Assembly: GCA_963783385.1 (NCBI GenBank)
Contig: CAWANJ010000001.1
Span: 704,001 to 768,000, forward strand
DNA from: an uncultured Gemmatimonadales bacterium
Lineage (GTDB): Bacteria; Gemmatimonadota; Gemmatimonadetes; Palauibacterales; Palauibacteraceae
Length of the DNA stretch: 64,000 nt
Reading direction: 5' to 3'
Shown here: positions 42,461 to 51,085 of the stretch, in pieces
Layout: the number at the start of each line of letters is the position of its first letter
Position numbering within the stretch: position 1 is the first letter of the stretch
The notes under the pieces: generated by a model
The model's input: the letters and a program-made list of their open reading frames with translations, nothing else
Database searches by the model: none
Told to the model about the DNA's origin: nothing
Program-made: the position numbers and the translations under genes

Positions 42461-42616
42461 GGATAACAGGATGGGTAGCGGCTCGCGCGCTGCGCGCACT
42501 CGCTTCAACCTGCTGAAGCTGTTCGGAGGTGGGGATTCGGTGCGGGCAGCTGATCGAAGATCGGTCCGGCAGCGGAGAACCGGCCAAGCAGGTTCGCTAC
42601 CCACCGGACGTTAGGC
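42461..42616 (+). repeat. attC-like site 9 (family B)
   Basis: GGATAAC...GTTAGGC. Confidence 0.85.
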
Positions 42617-42809
42617 GCCAGGTCCCCGAAACGGGATGTGCCGGGTTCCGATTCGGAGGCGAGGTCCCGAGCCGCTGCCTCTAGAAACGCAGCTCAGGCT
42701 GAGCTCCACTCGGAGGGAGAGGATGCCTCCGAATCGAGGCTGAAGAGCGAATCACTTAGCGAGATGACAGGCAGGGCCACCGCTTGGATCGGGGGACCCG
42801 GCGCCTAAC
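42611..42809. repeat. ORF-less structured cassette, copy 5 (cassette 10)
   Basis: Same family. Confidence 0.85.
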
Positions 42810-42956
42810 AGGATGGGTGGTGGCTCGCGCGCTCGCGCGCTCGCAGCAACCTGCGGTAGCTTTTCGAAAAGGGGAGGCGATGTCGGCGGTCGATTCGGTC
42901 GCGTCCAATCCAGCGATTCAGGCCAACGCAGGTTCACCACCCACCGGACGTTAGGC
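42803..42956 (+). repeat. attC-like site 10 (family C)
   Basis: GCCTAAC...GTTAGGC. Confidence 0.85.
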
Positions 42957-43149
42957 GCCAGGTCCCCGAAACTGGATGTGCCGGGTTCCGATTCGGAGGC
43001 GGGGTCCCGAGCCACTGCCTAGAGAGGCGCAGCTCAGGCTGAGCTCCACTCGGAGGGACAGAATGCCTCCGAATCGAGGCTGAAGAGCGAGTCGCTTAGC
43101 GAGAGGGAAGGCAGGGCCACCGCTTGGATCGGGGGACCCGGCGCCTAAC
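42951..43149. repeat. ORF-less structured cassette, copy 6 (cassette 11)
   Basis: Same family. Confidence 0.85.
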
Positions 43150-43294
43150 AGGATGGGTGGTGGCTCGCGCTCGCGCGCTCGCGGCAACCTGCGGTAGCTT
43201 TTCGAAAAGGGGAGGCGATGCCGGCGGTCGATTCGGACGCGTCCAATCGAGCGAATCAGGCCAACGCAGGTTCACCACCCACCGGACGTTAGGC
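43143..43294 (+). repeat. attC-like site 11 (family C)
   Basis: GCCTAAC...GTTAGGC. Confidence 0.85.
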
Positions 43295-43487
43295 GCCAGG
43301 TCCCCAAGACGGGGGTGATCGATTCCTGATTCGGAGGCGAGGTCCCGAGCCGCGGCCTCAAGAGGCGCAGCTCGAGCCGGACTCCGCTCGAAGGGAGAGA
43401 GAGCCTCCGAATCGAGGCTGAAGAGCGAATCGCTTAGCAGGTTGGAAGGCAGGGCCACCGCTTGGATCGGGGGACCCGGCGCCTAAC
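43289..43487. repeat. ORF-less structured cassette, copy 7 (cassette 12)
   Basis: Same family. Confidence 0.85.
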
Positions 43488-43636
43488 AGGATGGGTGGTG
43501 GCTCGCGCGCGCTCGCGCGCTCGCAGCAACCTGCGGTAGCTTTTCGAAAAGGGGAGGCGATGTCGGCGGTCGATTCGGACGCGTCCAGCCCTACGGGTCA
43601 GTCCAGCGCAGGTTCACCACCCACCGGACGTTATCA
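43481..43636 (+). repeat. attC-like site 12 (family C)
   Basis: GCCTAAC...GTTATCA. Confidence 0.85.
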
Positions 43637-43684
43637 GAAACGCGCCCCAGCTGATTGGAAATAGGAGATTGGTACTGCAGCGCC

Positions 43685-43972
43685 CTAGGTGGAGGACGCA
43701 GCCTTCCTGGCTGGCGGAGGAGCCGGGGTACCATCCAGCATGCCGCGGATGCTGATGTCTTCGTCAACGTCGGGCCAGTGAATGCCTTGACCAGCTCCGA
43801 TAAGACGGAAGTTGGTGCGCTGTTGGGGCGTGGCTTCGCTCAAGCGCCACGACCACGCGAGCGGGACACTGATCGTACGGCCGTCTGTCAGGCGCGCGAT
43901 GATCTCATTGTCGGTCACCTCGACGTCGGTCGCCAAGGGTTCAGACGTGGCCGCAGTGTTCGTCCCAGGCAT
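43685..43972 (-). CDS. Cassette 13: DUF2442 family protein
   Basis: LTDGRTISVPLAWSWRL..AT..Q...GIHWPDVDEDIS. Confidence 0.8.
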   Translation of the reverse strand: MPGTNTAATSEPLATDVEVTDNEIIARLTDGRTISVPLAWSWRLSEATPQQRTNFRLIGAGQGIHWPDVDEDISIRGMLDGTPAPPPARKAASST

Positions 43973-44183
43973 TCGAGATCCTCTGGATGTGGGACTCAAT
44001 CAAGCCCCGGATCCTGTTGAGCTCGCGCGGAGCGAAGCCATGGTTGCGAGCGAGAACCAACGGGTCCAGCCAGAACTTGCACGTGGACCGATCACGCTCG
44101 ACATGCACATGCTTTGGCTCCCTGCAATCGAAGCTGTAGAAGAAGAACCGGTACGGTCCGGAGATGTCTGAAATGGTTGGCAT
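43941..44183 (-). CDS. Cassette 13: DUF4160 family protein (putative TA partner)
   Basis: MPTI...GPYRFFFYS..EPKHVHV...KFWL. Confidence 0.8.
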   Translation of the reverse strand: MPTISDISGPYRFFFYSFDCREPKHVHVERDRSTCKFWLDPLVLARNHGFAPRELNRIRGLIESHIQRISNAWDEHCGHV

Positions 44184-44285
44184 CACGCGTCCCGGCCCGA
44201 GGCTTCTCTACCCTCAGATGCTAGCATACACCGAGGCGCCTCGCCAAGAGCCGCGTTGGCCTCGAGGTCCACGGTCGCGCGAATC

Positions 44286-44441
44286 TGATAACAGGACGGG
44301 TGGCGGCTCGCGCGCCAAGGCGCGCTCGCTTCAACCTGCGGAATGTCGGTTGAAGCAGTCACTGGAAGCGGGCAATGTAGCATATGTCAGTCAGGCAAAC
44401 GAGGGTGGCCCGCAGGTTCGCCACCCACCGGGGCGTTATGT
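44286..44441 (+). repeat. attC-like site 13 (family D)
   Basis: TGATAAC...GTTATGT. Confidence 0.85.
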
Positions 44442-44481
44442 CAAATGGCGCGCCATTGGCCTACGAGGCTAGATTTCTCGT

Positions 44482-44769
44482 ATGACACCGGCGGTGGCTG
44501 AGCTTCGGGAGCAGGTGCGAGACGTCATGCGGAAGCGTGGGGTCGTCCGAGCCAGTGTGTTCGGGTCCGTGGCCCGCGGGGAGGATCACCCGGCGAGCGA
44601 TGTGGACTTCCTCGTCGAGCTGGAAGAGGGACGGACCCTCCTCGACCTGGCTGGCCTGCGGCTGGATCTCGAGGACCTTCTGGAGCGCGACGTTGACGTA
44701 GCCACACCGGCTTCTCTCCATCCCCAGCTCCGCGAACGTATCCTCGAGCAGCAGGTCCCGATCTTGTGA
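44482..44769 (+). CDS. Cassette 14: minimal nucleotidyltransferase
   Basis: VFGSVARGE...SDVD. Confidence 0.85.
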   Translation: MTPAVAELREQVRDVMRKRGVVRASVFGSVARGEDHPASDVDFLVELEEGRTLLDLAGLRLDLEDLLERDVDVATPASLHPQLRERILEQQVPIL

Positions 44770-45110
44770 CGCGCTCGGCTCGGATCCTTCTCGGGGACAT
44801 CCTTGAGGCAGCCGAGCTGCTCGAACGCTACACGGCCGGCATCTCCCACCAGCAATTCGCGAACAACCTCGAGAAGCAGGACGCCGTCGCCCGCCGGATC
44901 GAGGTCATTGGGGAAGCCGTCAAAGGCCTCCCCGAGTCCCTTCGCCAGCGGCACCCCGAAGTGCCGTGGCGGGAGATTGCCGGAGCGAGGGATGTCCTGA
45001 TTCACGAATACTTCCGAATCGACGTCAGGCTCGCCTGGGAGATGGTTCAGAAGGACATCCCGGACCTGGCAGCCAAGGTCCGGAAGATCCTGGGTGAACT
45101 CGAAGACTGA
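44766..45110 (+). CDS. Cassette 14: HEPN/DUF86 toxin
   Basis: DAVARRIEVIGEA, RDVLIH. Confidence 0.85.
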   Translation: MTRSARILLGDILEAAELLERYTAGISHQQFANNLEKQDAVARRIEVIGEAVKGLPESLRQRHPEVPWREIAGARDVLIHEYFRIDVRLAWEMVQKDIPDLAAKVRKILGELED

Positions 45111-45123
45111 GGTCTGCCACTTC

Positions 45124-45225
45124 ACATAACACGACGGCTGCCGCTTCGCCGCCTGCGGCGGCTCGCCCTGCGGGACGCCCGCTCGCTGAGACTCGCGGGC
45201 GTCGGCAACCGCGGGGACGTTAGAC
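45124..45225 (+). repeat. attC-like site 14 (family A)
   Basis: ACATAAC...GTTAGAC. Confidence 0.85.
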
Positions 45226-45419
45226 GCCAGGTCCCCGAAACAGGGGATGGTCGGTTCCCGATTCGGAGGCGATGTCCCGTAGCGCTGCCTCGGTGAACGC
45301 AGCTCAGGCTGAGCTCCACTCGGAGGGAGAGGATGCCTCCGAATCGAGGCTGAAGAGCGAATCGCTTAGCGAGATGGAAGGCAGGGCCACCGCTTGGATC
45401 GGGGGACCCGGCGCCTAAC
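45220..45419. repeat. ORF-less structured cassette, copy 8 (cassette 15)
   Basis: Same family; one core mismatch (GTTAGAC/GCCTAAC). Confidence 0.85.
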
Positions 45420-45569
45420 AGGATGGGTGGTGGCTCGCGCGCGCTCGCGCGCTCGCAGCAACCTGCGGTAGCTTTTCGAAAAGGGGGAGGCGATGTCGGC
45501 GGTCGATTCGGACGCGTCCAGCCCAACGAGTCAGGCCAGCGCAGGTTCACCACCCACCGGACGTTAGAC
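45413..45569 (+). repeat. attC-like site 15 (family C)
   Basis: GCCTAAC...GTTAGAC. Confidence 0.85.
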
Positions 45570-45762
45570 GCCAGGTCCCCAAGACGGGGGTGATCGATTC
45601 CCGATTCGGAGGCGATGTCCCGAACCGCTGCCGCGAGAGGCGCAGCTCAGGCCGACCCCCGCTCGGAGGGAGAGAGAGCCTCCGAATCGAAGCTGAAGAT
45701 CGAATCGCTTAGCAGGTTGGGAGGCAGGGCCGCCGCTTGGATCGGGGGACCCGGCGTCTAAC
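45564..45762. repeat. ORF-less structured cassette, copy 9 (cassette 16)
   Basis: Same family. Confidence 0.85.
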
Positions 45763-45911
45763 AGGATGGGTAGCGGCTCGCGCGCGAGAGCGCGCTCGCT
45801 TCAACCTGCTAGGCTTTTCGAAGGTGGGGATCCGATACGGGCTGCTGATCGAGGATCGGTCCGGCAGCGGAGAGCGGGCCAAGCAGGTTCGCTACCCACC
45901 GGACGTTAGGC
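45756..45911 (+). repeat. attC-like site 16 (family B)
   Basis: GTCTAAC...GTTAGGC. Confidence 0.85.
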
Positions 45912-46104
45912 GCCAGGTCCCCGAAACAGGGTGTGCCGGGTTCCGATTCGGAGGCGATGTCCCGAACCGCTGCCTCCAGAAGCGCAGCTCGAGCCAGCTT
46001 CCGCTCGGAGGGAGAAAGAGCCTCCGAATCGAGGCTGAAGAGCGAATCGCTTGGCGAGATGGCAGGCAGGGCCACCGCTTGGATCGAGGGACCCGGCGCC
46101 TAAC
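45906..46104. repeat. ORF-less structured cassette, copy 10 (cassette 17)
   Basis: Same family. Confidence 0.85.
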
Positions 46105-46253
46105 AGGATGGGTGGTGGCTCGCGCGCGCTCGCGCGCTCGCAGCAACCTGCGGTAGCTTTTCGAAAAGGGGAGGCGATGTCGGCGGTCGATTCGGACGCG
46201 TCCAGCCCAACGAGTCAGGCCAGCGCAGGTTCACCACCCACCGGACGTTATAA
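46098..46253 (+). repeat. attC-like site 17 (family C)
   Basis: GCCTAAC...GTTATAA. Confidence 0.85.
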
Positions 46254-46360
46254 GACATGCCATAGACGGGTGGGCCGATGGACCGATATCTACGTTGGCC
46301 TTGCGCCCCTTCGTGTCCGATGGGGAGCTGGGCAGCCGCTCTGGCCCGATCGGAGATGAG

Positions 46361-46759
46361 ATGACAGACCTCAACGAGTTCACGCTGGAGCAGGCCGAGG
46401 CGGCGGCCGCGAAGTTGTGGGCGTTCGGCAGCGCCCCTTTCCCGATGGCGGACGGCGCGGTCATACAGGGTCATGTTGAGAAAGCTGTGACTGATACGGC
46501 CATCGCTTTCGCCATCCACGTGCGCCGCCTCCTAGATAATCACGGCATCCGTACCCGATTCACGCTTGATGAGCCGTTTGTGCACTGGTCACCAACCGGC
46601 TCTGCGCCGAAGGTGGCGGTTCTTCGGGATGCCTTGAATCGAATCGTGCATGCCATTGATTTCGAGGTCGGCTTTGAGCGTCTACCGGATGATCAACACA
46701 AGATCAAAGGTGGCGCGATCACGGTCCTGGTACCTTCGGACCAGAACCGACCAACGTGA
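46361..46759 (+). CDS. Cassette 18: hypothetical protein, probably frameshifted near 46730
   Basis: RDALNRIVHA helix; protein-like text continues in another frame (YLRTRTDQREEGLIDVFALA). Confidence 0.5.
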   Translation: MTDLNEFTLEQAEAAAAKLWAFGSAPFPMADGAVIQGHVEKAVTDTAIAFAIHVRRLLDNHGIRTRFTLDEPFVHWSPTGSAPKVAVLRDALNRIVHAIDFEVGFERLPDDQHKIKGGAITVLVPSDQNRPT

Positions 46760-46906
46760 GGAAGGGCTGATCGACGTGTTCGCGCTTGCGTCCTGGCTTC
46801 TACCACCAGGTCTTGCCCGCGGTGCGTGGTCTTGGCCCCGATATGGCGTAACTTCCAGGTGGCGGAATGCTATTGATGCCTGGGTGTGCGGTGTGGTGGG
46901 CACGTC

Positions 46907-46999
46907 TTATAACAAACGGGTGCCGCCTTCGCTCGCTGCGCTCGCTCCGGAGAACACGGCCCGCGGTGCGGGCCGCGTCGGCACCCTAGGACGTTATGT
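46907..46999 (+). repeat. attC-like site 18 (short, 93 bp)
   Basis: TTATAAC...GTTATGT; GGGTGCCG/CGGCACCC. Confidence 0.8.
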
Positions 47000-47028
47000 G
47001 CAAGTTCGGAACTAGCGCGAAGGTAGGA

Positions 47029-47298
47029 TCAGAGACGAGATAGTAGGTCATCATAGTCGGCGTGGGAGCCGATCCAAAACCAGACGAGATCCTCCTGATC
47101 GCGGACACAGAGGGCCCGGTAGCCGCGACCGACGCGCGCGGAGTAGACCGGCCGGGAGGGATGAACCTGCTTGAACTGAAGGCTCGGATGCGTCGGGTCA
47201 CGCTGAAATCGACGGTAGGCAATCCGGGCCTGCCGTTGAACGTGCGCTGGAAGTTGTGCGAAGGCCTTACGAAAGCGCGAGGTCGTGTGGGACGTCAC
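47029..47298 (-). CDS. Cassette 19: RelE/ParE-like toxin
   Basis: FRKAFAQLP...HPSLQFK...YRAL...WFWIGSHADYD. Confidence 0.8.
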   Translation of the reverse strand: MTSHTTSRFRKAFAQLPAHVQRQARIAYRRFQRDPTHPSLQFKQVHPSRPVYSARVGRGYRALCVRDQEDLVWFWIGSHADYDDLLSRL

Positions 47299-47513
47299 AG
47301 CGCATCGGGCTCGAGCGGCTTGGTCCGCCCGCGTCGATGCTCTTCCAGGGCTTCGTCGGCTAGGGACTCAAGGTGGCTTGCCGACGCGGCGAAGGAGCGG
47401 TCCCACTCCTCATCCGACTCGATCTCGTCGAGGAGAATCGCCGCTAGGGCGTCCTGCTGCTCGGAGGGCAGCCTCCTGGCCGCCTCGATCGCCTTCTTCA
47501 GTAGCTCGGTCAT
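47295..47513 (-). CDS. Cassette 19: cognate antitoxin
   Basis: MTELLKKAI...WDRSF...LADEALEE; GGAGG RBS; GTGA overlap. Confidence 0.75.
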   Translation of the reverse strand: MTELLKKAIEAARRLPSEQQDALAAILLDEIESDEEWDRSFAASASHLESLADEALEEHRRGRTKPLEPDAL

Positions 47514-47598
47514 CGTTTCCTCCGCCGTTCGGTGAATTCTACGCCGGCAGCCTGCACAAGTGCCAGCGGCCAGGCGAGCCACTCGGCGCCAAACCTGC

Positions 47599-47755
47599 AC
47601 ATAACAGGACGGGTAGCGGCTCGCGCGCGGAAGCGCGCTCGCTTCAACCTGCTGAAGCACTTCGGAGGTGGGGATCGGATGCGGGCTGCTGATCAGGGAC
47701 CGGTCCGGCAGCGGAGAGCCTGCCAAGCAGGTTCGCTACCCACCGGACGTTAGGC
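47599..47755 (+). repeat. attC-like site 19 (family B)
   Basis: ACATAAC...GTTAGGC. Confidence 0.85.
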
Positions 47756-47948
47756 GCCAGGTCCCCGAAACAGGGTGTGCCGGGTTCCGATTCGGAGGCA
47801 ATGTCCCGAACCGCTGCCTCCAGAAGCGCAGCTCGAGCCAGCTTCCGCTCGGAGGGAGAAAGAGCCTCCGAATCGAGGCTGAAGAGCGAATCGCTTGGCG
47901 AGATGGCAGGCAGGGCCACCGCTTGGATCGAGGGACCCGGCGCCTAAC
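47750..47948. repeat. ORF-less structured cassette, copy 11 (cassette 20)
   Basis: Near-identical to 45906 copy. Confidence 0.85.
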
Positions 47949-48097
47949 AGGATGGGTGGTGGCTCGCGCGCGCTCGCGCGCTCGCAGCAACCTGCGGTAG
48001 CTTTTCGAAAAGGGGAGGCGATGTCGGCGGTCGATTCGGACGCGTCCAGCCCAACGAGTCAGGCCAGCGCAGGTTCACCACCCACCGGACGTTAGAC
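47942..48097 (+). repeat. attC-like site 20 (family C)
   Basis: GCCTAAC...GTTAGAC. Confidence 0.85.
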
Positions 48098-48129
48098 GGA
48101 ATTCCAAAGGATTCTGAGGGAGCAGAGGA

Positions 48130-48294
48130 ATGCGCACACCGAGGCCACAGGGCTGGAGACCCACAATGTCCGCAGCCGCAGCAGCCGGTGCTGCCGGTCT
48201 CGGGGTCCCGACACACTCCCCTGTCTGGACCGCCTTCGGCGCACTCGTCGGTGCCACGATCGGTTACCTCGTCGCACTTCGACTAGACAAGTAG
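48130..48294 (+). CDS. Cassette 21: duplicate of the 54-aa peptide
   Basis: Appears identical to 41860-42024, including its attC. Confidence 0.55.
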   Translation: MRTPRPQGWRPTMSAAAAAGAAGLGVPTHSPVWTAFGALVGATIGYLVALRLDK

Positions 48295-48305
48295 AGAGGA
48301 ACTCC

Positions 48306-48463
48306 GTCTAACAGGACGGGCGGCGGCTCGCGCGCTCTCGCGCGCTCGACCCAACCTGCGGTAGCTTTTCAGAAATCGGAACGGTGAGGTGGCGACCGGT
48401 GGAGAACCGCTCCGCCCTGCTCTTCAGGCCACCGCAGGTTCGCCACCCGCCGGGACGTTAGGC
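48306..48463 (+). repeat. attC-like site 21 (family E)
   Basis: GTCTAAC...GTTAGGC. Confidence 0.85.
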
Positions 48464-48656
48464 GCCAGGTCCCCAAGACGGGGGTGATCGATTCCTGATT
48501 CGGAGGCGAGGTCCCGAGCCGCGGCCTCAAGAGGCGCAGCTCGAGCCGGACTCCGCTCGAAGGGAGAGAGAGCCTCCGAATCGAGGCTGAAGAGCGAATC
48601 GCTTAGCAGGTTGGAAGGCAGGGCCACCGCTTGGATCGGGGGACCCGGCGCCTAAC
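48458..48656. repeat. ORF-less structured cassette, copy 12 (cassette 22)
   Basis: Same family. Confidence 0.85.
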
Positions 48657-48805
48657 AGGATGGGTGGTGGCTCGCGCGCGCTCGCGCGCTCGCAGCAACC
48701 TGCGGTAGCTTTTCGAAAAGGGGAGGCGATGTCGGCGGTCGATTCGGACGCGTCCAGCCCTACGGGTCAGTCCAGCGCAGGTTCACCACCCACCGGACGT
48801 TAACT
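48650..48805 (+). repeat. attC-like site 22 (family C)
   Basis: GCCTAAC...GTTAACT. Confidence 0.85.
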
Positions 48806-48934
48806 GAAAGGTGCCTGTGGATTCAGAACGGGGCCTGAGACAGAGAGAGATGGATGCTGGAGGAGGCGTGGCGACCCAACTCAAGGGACACGTGCGGACG
48901 GCTGGCCACGGCCGACGTATCAAGAGGAGGCGCG

Positions 48935-49432
48935 ATGCGAAGAGGCACGTCAGCGACGGTGGCTGAATTCCTCGGGAGTCTTCCAGTTGACCGGCAGACG
49001 ACCGTGGAGGCGGTGCGGGCCGTGATTCGTCGACACCTGCCCCAGGGCTACGAGGAGGTGGTGGCAAAAAACATGCTGGTCTATCAGGTGCCGCTCAGCC
49101 GGTATGCGGACACCTACAACGGCCATCCGCTGTGGTATGTGGCGTTGGCGTCGGAAAAGTCGTACCTCTCGCTGCATTTGATGCCGGTATACGGGAGCGC
49201 TATCTACGCGGAGCGCCTAGCAGAGGGCTTCCGAAAGGAAGGCAAACGCCTGGACATGGGTAAGGCATGCGTACGGTTCCGGAAGATTGAGGACCTAGCC
49301 CTCGCTCCGATCGGTGAAATAGTTGAAAGCGTGCCGGTGGATCGTTGGGTGGAGATTGCCAAGAGCGCGCGATCTCGAAGATCGCGGGACGGATCTGCTG
49401 GCCGCGCCACACCGGGTGCAGGCGACGGATAG
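48935..49432 (+). CDS. Cassette 23: DUF1801 (YdhG-like) protein
   Basis: LPQGYEE...YVALASEKSYLSLHLM...LDMGKACVRF; AGGAGG RBS. Confidence 0.8.
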   Translation: MRRGTSATVAEFLGSLPVDRQTTVEAVRAVIRRHLPQGYEEVVAKNMLVYQVPLSRYADTYNGHPLWYVALASEKSYLSLHLMPVYGSAIYAERLAEGFRKEGKRLDMGKACVRFRKIEDLALAPIGEIVESVPVDRWVEIAKSARSRRSRDGSAGRATPGAGDG

Positions 49433-49518
49433 AGGCGGTCCGGAAGCATTGGTAGAGGATTGTTAGCGCCGAGGTGGTGTGGCGACGAGCGGTGCTGTAG
49501 TACGCACCGGCACCCATC

Positions 49519-49678
49519 AGTTAACAAACAAGTTGCGCCTACGCCGCGCATGCGCGGCTCCGGGGAACACCGGCGCAAGGCACGCGGGCCGTGGGAAGCG
49601 TGCCGAGAATGTGTCGAAGAGCGGTGCTCGACGGGCCGTGACGGACGCGCCGGCGTCGCAACTTTAGGAACGTTAGGC
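49519..49678 (+). repeat. attC-like site 23 (unique, 160 bp)
   Basis: AGTTAAC...GTTAGGC; AAGTTGCG/CGCAACTT. Confidence 0.8.
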
Positions 49679-49871
49679 GCCAGGTCCCCGAAACAGGGTG
49701 TGCCGGGTTCCGATTCGGAGGCGATGTCCCGAACCGCTGCCTCCAGAAGCGCAGCTCGAGCCAGCTTCCGCTCGGAGGGAGAGAGAGCCTCCGAATCGAG
49801 GCTGAAGAGCGAATCGCTTGGCGAGATGGCAGGCAGGGCCACCGCTTGGATCGAGGGACCCGGCGCCTAAC
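49673..49871. repeat. ORF-less structured cassette, copy 13 (cassette 24)
   Basis: Near-identical to 45906 copy. Confidence 0.85.
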
Positions 49872-49933
49872 AGGATGGGTGGTGGCTCGCGCGCGCTCGC
49901 GCGCTCGCAGCAACCTGCGGTAGCTTTTCGAAA
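49865..49933 (+). repeat. attC-like site 24 (family C), left part; interrupted by IS1595 element
   Basis: Family C sequence stops at TTTCGAAA and resumes at 54537. Confidence 0.85.
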
Positions 49934-49998
49934 CGGAACTATGCACTTGACAAACCCATGCGCCCATGGTACCTTTCATAGTAGAAAGGGGAGCTACC

Positions 49999-50907
49999 AT
50001 GAGCATGACGTTCGCGGAAGCATTGGCTCTGTCGGAGAGCGAGGCAAGGACCTATCTGGAGCGCATCCGCTGGCCGGAAGGTCCCGTGTGCCCCCATTGC
50101 GGCGCGTCGGACCGGATCTATGACCTCCAGGGTAGCGCGCACCGCGAGGGCCTCTACAAGTGCGGATCCTGCCGGAAGCAGTTCACGGTCACGGTCGGTA
50201 CCGTCATGCACCGGACCAAGATCCCGCTCCGCAAGTGGGTTCTGGCCTTCCAGATCCTGTGCGCGTCCAAGAAGGGTGTCTCGGCCCTGCAGCTCCAGCG
50301 GATGCTGGACCTCGGGTCCTACCGGACCGCATGGCACATGGCGCACCGCATCCGGCTTGCCATGCGGGAAGAGCCACTCGCCACCATGCTCCATGGGCAC
50401 GTGGAGGTCGATGAGACCTACATTGGCGGCAAGACACGGAAGGGCATCCGTGGGCGGGGCTCGGAGCGGAAGACCCCGGTCCTGGCACTCGTGGAGCGGA
50501 ACGGCCGCGTGCGGTCGCAGCCCGTCCAGCGCGTGTCCGGCAAGGAACTCAAGGCCGCGATCCGGGAGCAGGTTCACAAGTCGGCCGCGATCCACACCGA
50601 CGAACTGGCCTCCTACAAGGGCATTGGTGCCGAGTTCGAGGGCGGACATCACGTGGTGCGGCACGGACGGGGCGAGTACGTTGCCGGTCCGGCGAGCACC
50701 AACACCGCTGAGAGCTACTTTGCCCTGCTCAAGCGGTCGATCCACGGAGCCTATCACAGCGTGTCGAAGAAGCATCTGGGGCGCTACCTCGACCACCAGG
50801 GCTTCCTGTGGAACACCAGGGACCTTCCGGATGGGGCGAGAGTGGATGCGGCGGTCCGCGGAGTCGGTGGCAAGCGGCTTACGTATTCGACGCCACGTAA
50901 CCGGTGA
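49999..50907 (+). CDS. IS1595 family transposase
   Basis: CPHCG...YKCGSCRKQFTV Zn ribbon, VEVDETY, HTDE, TNTAESYF. Confidence 0.92.
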   Translation: MSMTFAEALALSESEARTYLERIRWPEGPVCPHCGASDRIYDLQGSAHREGLYKCGSCRKQFTVTVGTVMHRTKIPLRKWVLAFQILCASKKGVSALQLQRMLDLGSYRTAWHMAHRIRLAMREEPLATMLHGHVEVDETYIGGKTRKGIRGRGSERKTPVLALVERNGRVRSQPVQRVSGKELKAAIREQVHKSAAIHTDELASYKGIGAEFEGGHHVVRHGRGEYVAGPASTNTAESYFALLKRSIHGAYHSVSKKHLGRYLDHQGFLWNTRDLPDGARVDAAVRGVGGKRLTYSTPRNR

Positions 50908-50983
50908 GGATTGCGTGTTACAACGTAACCTTGTTACAGCTAACAGCGATGACTAGATTCGATGGGCTACTTGACAGCGGCAA

Positions 50984-51085
50984 TGCGGGCGACCGGCTTT
51001 GCACCGGCACGGGGCAGCCTCGGGTAAGGGTTTGCGCCCCACCGACTCCCAAGGTCGGCGTGTCTACTAGTTCCACCACGCCCGC
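50984..51085 (-). ncRNA. tRNA-like (tRNA-Leu-type scaffold) RNA or pseudo-tRNA
   Basis: Acceptor GCGGGCG/CGCCCGC+A, anticodon arm CCGAC-CTTGGGA-GTCGG, long variable arm, T arm GCCGG-TGCAAAG-CCGGT. Confidence 0.6.

Noticed and set aside
40939-49870. Recurrent track ORFs in the repeats (MALPSNLLSD..., MGSEPAW..., MDRGTRR..., MARWQAG...)
   Set aside because: They cross cassette boundaries, end at variable points, lack an RBS and are broken in some copies; they are by-products of GC-rich repeats. A peptide role is not fully excluded.
38742-49933. CRISPR array
   Set aside because: Repeats are 93-340 bp, separated by whole genes or by each other, and no cas genes are present; the layout fits recombination cassettes.
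50984-51085. Functional tRNA-Pro(TGG) or tRNA-Leu
   Set aside because: Conserved D- and T-loop bases are altered and the anticodon conflicts with the long-variable-arm scaffold; kept only as tRNA-like.
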